Made by a program: the position numbers and the translations under genes | Notes under the pieces: model-generated | Databases searched by the model: none | What the model saw: the letters and a program-made list of their open reading frames with translations, nothing else | What the model was told of the DNA's origin: nothing | In this document: positions 44,857-52,120 of the stretch, piece after piece | How the letters are laid out: each line of letters opens with the position of its first letter | Position numbering within the stretch: position 1 is the stretch's first letter | Sequence record: MW584155.1 | Strand: one strand, 5' to 3' | Length of the DNA: 54,740 nt | Source: Mycobacterium phage prophiGD11-3

Positions 44857-46596
44857 GTGACTACCCCGATGCCGACACGTACGGGCGGAAGGTGGTACGG
44901 CCGCTTCCGCATCACGCCCACGAGCGTGCCGTCGCGGGCCGCGGTCGGAACACCGACGATCACGACAGGGCCACTGACTATCCGTCCCACGAGCGTGCCG
45001 TCGCGCGTCGCGGTCGGAACACCGACTATCACATGGCCCCAAGATATTCGGCCGACCGGTGTTCCGTCCCGTGCAGCTGTCGGAACACCGAGCCTGATAC
45101 AGAACATCACCCCGACGGGTGTGCTGTCCCGGGCTGCCGCCGGAACCCCAACCGTCACCGTGGGGCCGGTCACGATCCGTCCCGCCAGTGTCCCGTCCCG
45201 AGCCGCCGTGGGCACCCCGAACATCGCGCAGGTCGTCAAACCTGTCAGCGTGCCGTCGCGGGCGGCGGTGGGCACCCCGAACATCGCGCAGGTCATTACC
45301 CCGACCGCCGTTACATCCCGCGCCGCTGTCGGGACGCCGACATTGACCCGCGGACCGGTCACCATCGCCCCGACGGGTGTCCCGTCGCGGGCCGCGGTCG
45401 GAACACCGACGATCACCCAGCCCGCCACGGTCAACTACAACACCCAAGGGGTGGGCACCGAAACAACAAGCTCGCCTGCCCAGTGCACGATTTCCCCGAA
45501 TGCTGGCGATGACGTGCTGGTGTTCTACTCGCTGGGATCCGGGGCGGTCTCGTCGGCGACCTACGGGGCAAGCAACCTGCCGATGATCTGTGGCGGGCAA
45601 GCACTGTCCAACGGTGTGTTGATCGCGGCCTACCTGATCAGGAATGTCGCCGCCGGTAGCGCGACGATCAATATCAACAAGACCGGTTCGAGCTGGGGGC
45701 AGGCCGTGGCCGTGTCCTACGTGGGCGCGCAGGGATTCCGGCCCGCGAAATCCGCTGTCGGCAGCGGAACGTCGTTCTCCCTGCCGGTCACCGTGCCGCT
45801 CAACGGGCGCACCGTGCACGCGTTCACCCCCGGACAGAACAGCACCACCTTGTCGGCGCTGTCCGGCGGCACCAGCCGCTACCTGGACAACGTGGGGTTC
45901 TTGACCCAATCGGTGCGTGACGCCGACGCGGCCACAACATTCGGTGGCACGCTCAGTGCGACCCGCGACTGGGCGGCGCTCGGTGTCCCTTTGTGTGCCG
46001 TAGCCCCCACCGGGCCTATCCCGAAGTACAGCACCGGCACGGACGCCGACGGCATCAACGGCACCAAGACATTCGACGTCTACACCGCAGCAGGCGATTA
46101 CGTGTACGCGATCGTCGGACAAACCGGGCCGGGTGATCCATCCGCGGTCACCTGCGCCGGTACCGCGATGACGCTGCTCGACACCCTGACCTGGAACGCC
46201 GGATCTGCCACCGGGTTCATCAAGATCTACCGCAGCGCCGCGGCAATGGCTTCGGCGGGCGCCAAGACCGTCTCCGTGACGGCCACCGGCGGCAACTGGT
46301 GGCGTGCCTTCGGATTGGCGGTCTCCGGGGTCACCGCGCCTTCGGGCACCGTGACCAAGACCTCGGCGACCTCCTCGCAACCCACACAGTCCGTCACCTG
46401 CGCAGCCGACCAACTGATCGTGCAGATATTCATCACCTCGGCCGCCGTCACCGGTACCGAGGGCGGCGCGGCTCTGTGGCTGACGCCCGCTGCCGGGCAG
46501 GTCTTCATGACCGTCAATGTTGCTGACGAGTCAACAACTTTCAAGCTCGCTAACACCTCCGTGAACTGGGGCGCAGCCGCGCTCGTCCTGAGCTGA
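44857..46596 (+). CDS. tail fibre / receptor-binding-like protein with eight tandem ~20-aa repeats (GTG 44857 or ATG 44869)
   Basis: repeats of P(T/A)(S/G)VPSRAAVGTP(T/N)I...; Ser/Thr/Gly-rich C-terminal domain. Confidence 0.6.
   Translation: MTTPMPTRTGGRWYGRFRITPTSVPSRAAVGTPTITTGPLTIRPTSVPSRVAVGTPTITWPQDIRPTGVPSRAAVGTPSLIQNITPTGVLSRAAAGTPTVTVGPVTIRPASVPSRAAVGTPNIAQVVKPVSVPSRAAVGTPNIAQVITPTAVTSRAAVGTPTLTRGPVTIAPTGVPSRAAVGTPTITQPATVNYNTQGVGTETTSSPAQCTISPNAGDDVLVFYSLGSGAVSSATYGASNLPMICGGQALSNGVLIAAYLIRNVAAGSATININKTGSSWGQAVAVSYVGAQGFRPAKSAVGSGTSFSLPVTVPLNGRTVHAFTPGQNSTTLSALSGGTSRYLDNVGFLTQSVRDADAATTFGGTLSATRDWAALGVPLCAVAPTGPIPKYSTGTDADGINGTKTFDVYTAAGDYVYAIVGQTGPGDPSAVTCAGTAMTLLDTLTWNAGSATGFIKIYRSAAAMASAGAKTVSVTATGGNWWRAFGLAVSGVTAPSGTVTKTSATSSQPTQSVTCAADQLIVQIFITSAAVTGTEGGAALWLTPAAGQVFMTVNVADESTTFKLANTSVNWGAAALVLS
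44893..45425 (+). repeat. eight imperfect tandem repeats of 57-69 bp inside the tail fibre gene
   Basis: e.g. cccacgagcgtgccgtcgcgggccgcggtcggaacaccgacgatcac recurring; two near-identical units at 45193-45235 and 45250-45292. Confidence 0.75.
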
Positions 46597-46619
46597 CACA
46601 ACCAGAAAGGCAACACCAA

Positions 46620-47027
46620 ATGGCAAACATCATGTACGACAAGGCATATGAGGCATTCGGCAACGCGCAGATCAACTGGCCTGCCGACACCATCAAGGCC
46701 GTCCTTGTCGACACCGGCACCTACACCCTGAACGCGGCCACCCACGAATTCCTCTCGGACATCCCCAGCGGTGCCCGTATCGCCACCTCGGCCGCGCTCA
46801 CCGGCAAGACGAACGTCCTCGGCGTGCTCGACGCCGCCGATGCTTCCTGGCCCGCTGTCACCGGGCTCAGCGGCGAAGCGGTCGTGATCTTCAAAGACAC
46901 CGGCACGGTAGGAACCTCGCGGCTGATCTACTACCTAGACACCGCCTCAGGCCTCCCCGTGACACCCAACGGCGGCGACATCAACATCCAATGGGACAAC
47001 GGCGCCAACAAGATTGGCCGACTCTAA
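46620..47027 (+). CDS. hypothetical structural protein
   Basis: ORF after the fibre gene. Confidence 0.5.
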   Translation: MANIMYDKAYEAFGNAQINWPADTIKAVLVDTGTYTLNAATHEFLSDIPSGARIATSAALTGKTNVLGVLDAADASWPAVTGLSGEAVVIFKDTGTVGTSRLIYYLDTASGLPVTPNGGDINIQWDNGANKIGRL

Positions 47028-47167
47028 TGCCGGTAGTGAGGGTCATCGCGCTATGCCTGGCGCTCGCCGGGATCACAGCGGCAGTGACGTTTACCGTCGC
47101 AACGCACATCGCGCCAGGTGAACACCCCCAGGATCCGCGCATCCACCAGGGGAGGTTCGGGTGGTGA
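47027..47167 (+). CDS. 46-aa small membrane protein
   Basis: hydrophobic IALCLALAGITAAVTFTV; TAATG overlap. Confidence 0.3.
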   Translation: MPVVRVIALCLALAGITAAVTFTVATHIAPGEHPQDPRIHQGRFGW

Positions 47168-47448
47168 TCAAGGGTCGAATAGATAAGTGGCGCAAGGAGT
47201 TGTTTGACAGCATCGGCCAGCGATGCGCCGCTGTTGTTCGCGAGCTGTTGACCAATTTCCTTGACGACTTCCGGCGCGATGTGCAGGCGGAGTTGTCCGC
47301 GGTCGCGCGGAAGGCCGATGAATCGGTCGACAAACTCACCGACGCCATCCCCGGCACCCTCGACGACCGCCTGTTCGATGGCCGGTTCGGTCAACTGCTG
47401 CAACGTCTTGAGCAGATACTCCCGCTCTTCGGCGGTGGTGGCCGATGA
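47161..47448 (+). CDS. hypothetical protein
   Basis: ORF upstream of lysA. Confidence 0.45.
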   Translation: MVIKGRIDKWRKELFDSIGQRCAAVVRELLTNFLDDFRRDVQAELSAVARKADESVDKLTDAIPGTLDDRLFDGRFGQLLQRLEQILPLFGGGGR

Positions 47449-48947
47449 GCTTCGTATGGTTCCGCCCCGAAGGCCCGCTGCGTACCCGTGAGCAGATCGC
47501 CCGCGAGGTGCACGCTGTGTCCCTGGCCCGTGGTCTTGACGAACTCGCCTCGGTGCTGACGCTGATGTGCATCGACGTCGAGGCTGGTGCCGACGACAAC
47601 AACGGGGAGCGGCAGTGGTGGTGTCCGTGGAACGCCAATGATCCGACGTCGAAGAACTATCCGCACGATGCGCAGTCTGATGATGGACGCTCGGTGGGGT
47701 ACTGCCAGCAGCAGAACGGCGCCGCCGGTGAGGTGGTGTCGGGCAGCGACAACTGGTGGGGTCCGATGCGCTCGCGGATGACGCTGGCACTGGCGGTCGA
47801 TGTGTTTCAGACACGGCTGGCCGACGACTACGGGCGCGTGGCCGGAAACCCGAAGCTGGCAGGGGAGTTCGTGCAGCGGGTGCAACGATCGGGGTACCCG
47901 GACCGCTACGCGCAGCGCTGGGACGAAGCGTGGGAGGTGCTGCGGCGCGCGCTTGCGCAAGGGCCCGTCACCCCGAAACCTCCGCTACCGCTGATCGGCA
48001 CGGGCAGCCCGATCACGCGTTCGCGGCTGACGTCGAATCGGTACGTCGGCCGCGGCGGTAAGACGCCGCGCTGGATCGTGGTGCACACGCAGGAAGGTGG
48101 ACGCTCGGCGTGGGATCTGGCCGGGTTCCTGATTTCCACGCAGGGCACATCGGGGGCGGTGTCGTACAACGCGTGCGTCGACGACACCGAAACTGTGCTG
48201 ACCGTGAACTGGGACGACACCCCGTGGTCGGCGGTCAACGCCAACCCGTATGCATTCCACATCTGCATGGCCGGTTCCTACTCGGGCTGGGACCGCGGCA
48301 AGTGGCTCGAAACCGATGCCCGCGACGGCAAGAACGAAGACCTCCAGCTGACGCGGACCGCGCAGCTGATCGCGTGGCTGTGCCGCACCTACGACATACC
48401 CGCTGACTACATCGGCGGCAGCGGAATCCCTTGGGGCCGTGACGGTATCTGCGGGCACCGCGACTTCGGTAGCTGGGGCGGCGGACACACCGACCCGGGC
48501 CCGGACTTCCCGTGGGACGAGCTGATCCGGCGCGTCCGCCTCTACCTCGACACCAACACAGGAGATGAAGACATGGCCCAGGTACCACAATCGGAATGGC
48601 AGGAAGTCATCGATTACGTTCGCGCGCAGAACACCCCGATCCCGTCGGCCTCGCCGCTGCGACACCTCGGGGAAGGCAACGTGAACACCCGCGCCAACCT
48701 GGCGCGCGCCATCGACGCCAACCAGCACGTGACCGCAGTAGTCACCCTGGCCAAGGAAGGCCACACACCCTCGATCGCGCTGCTGTGGGAGGTATCGACT
48801 GCGGCCGACAACCCGGGCAAGTACCCGGACCGGCAGGAAGACGCCAAGCTCGCCAAGACGCTGCTGGCCAGCATCAGCAAGACCAAGAAAGCCGTCGCCG
48901 CCGAGGACATCGAAGCGTGGCTCGACGCCGAGAAGGCTGCCGCATGA
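47445..48947 (+). CDS. lysA: endolysin (lysin A): N-terminal peptidase-like domain plus amidase_2/PGRP N-acetylmuramoyl-L-alanine amidase
   Basis: RWIVVHTQEG...AFHICMAG...HRDFGSWGGGHTDPGPDFPW. Confidence 0.8.
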   Translation: MSFVWFRPEGPLRTREQIAREVHAVSLARGLDELASVLTLMCIDVEAGADDNNGERQWWCPWNANDPTSKNYPHDAQSDDGRSVGYCQQQNGAAGEVVSGSDNWWGPMRSRMTLALAVDVFQTRLADDYGRVAGNPKLAGEFVQRVQRSGYPDRYAQRWDEAWEVLRRALAQGPVTPKPPLPLIGTGSPITRSRLTSNRYVGRGGKTPRWIVVHTQEGGRSAWDLAGFLISTQGTSGAVSYNACVDDTETVLTVNWDDTPWSAVNANPYAFHICMAGSYSGWDRGKWLETDARDGKNEDLQLTRTAQLIAWLCRTYDIPADYIGGSGIPWGRDGICGHRDFGSWGGGHTDPGPDFPWDELIRRVRLYLDTNTGDEDMAQVPQSEWQEVIDYVRAQNTPIPSASPLRHLGEGNVNTRANLARAIDANQHVTAVVTLAKEGHTPSIALLWEVSTAADNPGKYPDRQEDAKLAKTLLASISKTKKAVAAEDIEAWLDAEKAAA

Positions 48948-50110
48948 ACGGGCCCGACGGGAAGTGGATCGGCTACGGCGAAGGCGACGTATCCGACGCG
49001 GTGACGCCGATCGAACGCCGCCTCGTGCACGCCTACCCGAAAAACAGTCACGCCATCGAGCACGGCGTCGCCGTGGATCGCACGTACACCGCGGGCACCG
49101 CCCACGCGGTGCGGGATCTGACGGCGTTCATGAACAACGACCCACGCGAGCGGGAACGGCTGGCGCGCATGGGCATCGCCACCCCGCTACGCAGCGACGG
49201 CGTCGCGAACCTGGACGTGCGCAAGGCCATCGGCGCCTACGTCGAAGCCCCCGCCAACCCGCCGCAGTCCAAGTATCCGATCCAGGGCGTGTGGGCCGAT
49301 TCGCGGGCGTTCCTGAACCCGCCTACCGCGCATAGTTTCGTCAAGGCCACCAACGATTTCCGCGACGCAGCGATGCGCCTGTACCGGCCGATGGCAGGTA
49401 CACCCATCTGGCTTCTCGGCTACAGCATGGGCGGCGATTCGGTGCAGAAGATTCTGACGGCGCTGCCGCCCGAATGGCGCCAACACGTCGTCGGGGTGAC
49501 CACGTTCGGCGACCCGGCCATGCCCGCCGAGGGCAGCTTGCTTGGCGATGATCCCGGCGAAGGCATCTCCAAATCACCGCAGCCACCGTGGGTGCGAGAC
49601 CGCTACTGGTCGTACTCGATCGACGGCGACTGGTACCCGCGGGCACGCGGTCTGCTGTTCCTGCTCTACCAGGTACTCACCCGCGCAGAGCTGACCATGG
49701 AATTCGCGATCTACCTGTTCACCGAGTTCCCGAAGCAAGCATTTCAACAGCTCATCGGGCAGGCCCCCAGCGCGGACCCGCTGGCCGGGGTGCTGGCCGG
49801 GTTGGCGGGCATGATGACGTCGGGGCCGCTCGGTGCCGTCGGCGCCTTACTCAATCCGTTGCAGCTGTTCGCGATCCTGCCCGATCTTGTGCGCCTACTG
49901 TTCGACGCCATCAAGTTCGTGGCCACCAACGCGCACGGCAAGTACGGCGACCCCGCCTATGCGCTGTGGGACGGCATGACCGCCGTCGACCACGCAGCCG
50001 CCACCATCCGCCGCATCGCCCCCGAGGGCTGCACCCTGTTCCTGCTGCCCGGCACGTGGGCGAACTGGAACCAAGGCTTCCCGTTCGACGTCGCCGCGGC
50101 GCTCCAGTAA
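48944..50110 (+). CDS. lysB: lysin B (mycolylarabinogalactan esterase, alpha/beta hydrolase)
   Basis: GYSMGG (GxSxG) nucleophile motif; ATGA-coupled to lysA. Confidence 0.75.
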   Translation: MNGPDGKWIGYGEGDVSDAVTPIERRLVHAYPKNSHAIEHGVAVDRTYTAGTAHAVRDLTAFMNNDPRERERLARMGIATPLRSDGVANLDVRKAIGAYVEAPANPPQSKYPIQGVWADSRAFLNPPTAHSFVKATNDFRDAAMRLYRPMAGTPIWLLGYSMGGDSVQKILTALPPEWRQHVVGVTTFGDPAMPAEGSLLGDDPGEGISKSPQPPWVRDRYWSYSIDGDWYPRARGLLFLLYQVLTRAELTMEFAIYLFTEFPKQAFQQLIGQAPSADPLAGVLAGLAGMMTSGPLGAVGALLNPLQLFAILPDLVRLLFDAIKFVATNAHGKYGDPAYALWDGMTAVDHAAATIRRIAPEGCTLFLLPGTWANWNQGFPFDVAAALQ

Positions 50111-50118
50111 CGCGGTAG

Positions 50119-50210
50119 TGGTGTGCGCGGGAATCGAACCCGCCGGGGGACCATCGCGCGCAGGCTCTGCGCGCTGCGGACTCGAACCGCCCTTCCGCCG
50201 AGGACACACC
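50119..50210 (-). ncRNA. tRNA-like element on the minus strand (T-arm GCGGG-TTCGATT-CCCGC, 7-bp acceptor-type pairing GGTGTGT/GCACACC, central 8-bp GC hairpin); does not fold as a canonical cloverleaf
   Basis: read from the reverse complement of the 210-bp gap between lysB and the holin; a second T-loop-like GGTTCGAGTCC lies 47 nt upstream. Confidence 0.3.
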
Positions 50211-50321
50211 ATGCCATCCGGGCCCCGCGCGAGGAGAGCGCGCAGGGACTTCACTCACCGTAAGCCCAACCCAGCGATTCACCGAATCGGTTATCCACAA
50301 CCCACAAGAAGGGGCGTCACC

Positions 50322-50537
50322 ATGATCAATCAACTTCGAGCACTCAACACCCCGGCCAACCGCCAGTATCTGTACCGCGTTGCCGTGGTTCTGTTGGGGG
50401 CACTGGCCTTCTACAACATCATCGATCCCGCAGCGATCCCGCTGTGGCTTGACGTCGTGGGCACCGTACTCGGCGTCGGTGTAGTCGGCACCGCTAACCA
50501 CGCACTCAAGGGGCAGCGCCGCGACGGGATCCTCTAG
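50322..50537 (+). CDS. holin-like protein (71 aa, two TM helices)
   Basis: VAVVLLGALAFYNII and LWLDVVGTVLGVGVVG hydrophobic segments; RBS agaagggg. Confidence 0.55.
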   Translation: MINQLRALNTPANRQYLYRVAVVLLGALAFYNIIDPAAIPLWLDVVGTVLGVGVVGTANHALKGQRRDGIL

Positions 50538-50890
50538 TGCCCGACTTGACGCCATTCGACGCCAACGACGTCTGGGATCTGCTAGTCGCCGCAGTCGTAA
50601 CTGTTCCGCCCACGATCGCGGCGGTCGCGGCCCTGCTCGTGTTCTGGAAGGGGCGTGACGAAGACCGGCAGAAACTAGGCGAGGTACACCAGACCGCCGC
50701 CGTGGCCGCTGCGGCGGCCACCGCTACGAAAGATCAAGTGCAGAACGGGCATACCACCAAGTACCGCGACGACTTCGACGGCATGAACCACAAAATCGAC
50801 CTACTCGTCGATCGCGTCGACTTGATTCAGACGAACATGGAACTGCTCAACGCCTCACATTTGGCGCTCGTCAAGCGCCTGCAGGGCTAG
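50537..50890 (+). CDS. membrane protein with one TM helix plus coiled coil (second holin or spanin-like)
   Basis: LLVAAVVTVPPTIAAVAALLVFW; GTG start. Confidence 0.45.
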   Translation: MPDLTPFDANDVWDLLVAAVVTVPPTIAAVAALLVFWKGRDEDRQKLGEVHQTAAVAAAAATATKDQVQNGHTTKYRDDFDGMNHKIDLLVDRVDLIQTNMELLNASHLALVKRLQG

Positions 50891-51315
50891 CGCGTCTGGC
50901 GTGCACGGACATCGGTGGTGCCGGACTTCGCGACCACCGCATCGCAGGTGTATGGCTTGGGGCCGGTGTAGCCGCCAAAGCCATTCTTGGCGTTGACCAT
51001 TCCCGATACTGCCAGGTATGTGTCTCCAGCGTTCGGGGCGTAGGCGAGGCCCCCGGGCAGGACCGGCGGGGCTGGTGCGTCGAGGGCTGTCTCGTCTGTG
51101 AACCGTGCGCTGTCCGGGTCTCGTAGACCTTTCCTAATCGCCCCTTGGCATGTCTCGATTGCGTACTTTCGTTTCACTTCGAGGCTGAGCCCGTTGTTGT
51201 GGGAAGACCCACCGGACAGCCCGATCGCGCATGCCGCCATGAACATCAGCAGCCCAACAAACGCCCCCAGAAACACCCACAACGCCTTCGAGGGGGTGTC
51301 TGCCTTTCCCGCCAT
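50887..51315 (-). CDS. membrane-anchored or secreted protein of the reverse cargo cassette
   Basis: N-terminal TM LWVFLGAFVGLLMFMAACAI; stop converges on the 50890 stop. Confidence 0.55.
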   Translation of the reverse strand: MAGKADTPSKALWVFLGAFVGLLMFMAACAIGLSGGSSHNNGLSLEVKRKYAIETCQGAIRKGLRDPDSARFTDETALDAPAPPVLPGGLAYAPNAGDTYLAVSGMVNAKNGFGGYTGPKPYTCDAVVAKSGTTDVRARQTR

Positions 51316-51373
51316 GGACGGCAGATTACAAGATCACGTCCAGGTCAGAGACGGTAATCGCCGGTATTCGGAC

Positions 51374-52120
51374 CTAGTGTGAGACTTCGTCGAGACCGTT
51401 TTCCCGCAGCGTCGCTGTCATCGCTTCTACAACCCGCTCAGCAGGCCAGTCGTCCGGCGCTGAAATCAGCGTGCCCCCGGCCAGCTCAGCCGCGGTTAGC
51501 CGGTCAACAAGATGGCTGACCGTACCGACCTCTGCGCTGATCCACATTCGGTAGCCGACGCCGATCTTCCAGTTGCCACGGCGAGCGAGACGACGCACTG
51601 CGAGATCCGCGAATTCGGTGGTTGCAGGCTCCCACGTCTCGACCACCGCAGCTGTTACGGCGTCGGCATCCACGGACCGCAGCGCGTTCTCATGCGCTTC
51701 ACGGAGCTCGACCGCCAGACGGCGGCGAGGTAGCCGCTGTCCGACTGCTGGGTGACCGGCTGCGATACGCACCAGAGGGGAAACACGGGGGCCTGCGCCC
51801 GAAATGGTGAAGGAGTAACCCTCACCGGGCAGCGCATCACCGATATCTTCCGAGGCCCCTACGAATTCACGAACAGGATGTTTGCGAACTATGTTGACCA
51901 GTTCGTCGGGGGAACCTTCCCACAGTTCCCAACCGTTGTCGGCCGCAAGCTGCCAGCTCGATACGTCGAACGCTGATTGCAACGAACGGAGCAGGCTGTC
52001 GGTGCGTGCGGCGATCCATTCGGGAGATTCGCCAGCTGCTACTCGGAGAGCGAGCAGCGACGGCCGTGATGCGCCCCAGACTGGGTTTTGCACCTCGTTC
52101 ACAGCTGCCACCTCACTCAT
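51374..52120 (-). CDS. putative cognate immunity protein of the polymorphic toxin
   Basis: start ATG overlaps the toxin stop (ATGA on minus strand); cytoplasmic 248 aa; position. Confidence 0.5.
   Translation of the reverse strand: MSEVAAVNEVQNPVWGASRPSLLALRVAAGESPEWIAARTDSLLRSLQSAFDVSSWQLAADNGWELWEGSPDELVNIVRKHPVREFVGASEDIGDALPGEGYSFTISGAGPRVSPLVRIAAGHPAVGQRLPRRRLAVELREAHENALRSVDADAVTAAVVETWEPATTEFADLAVRRLARRGNWKIGVGYRMWISAEVGTVSHLVDRLTAAELAGGTLISAPDDWPAERVVEAMTATLRENGLDEVSH

Noticed and set aside
50119-50210. Calling the lysB-holin gap element a bona fide tRNA gene
   Set aside because: 92 nt with two T-loop-like motifs and no acceptable D-arm or anticodon arm under type I, type II or Sec-like folds. 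Kept only as a low-confidence tRNA-like ncRNA pending a covariance-model search.
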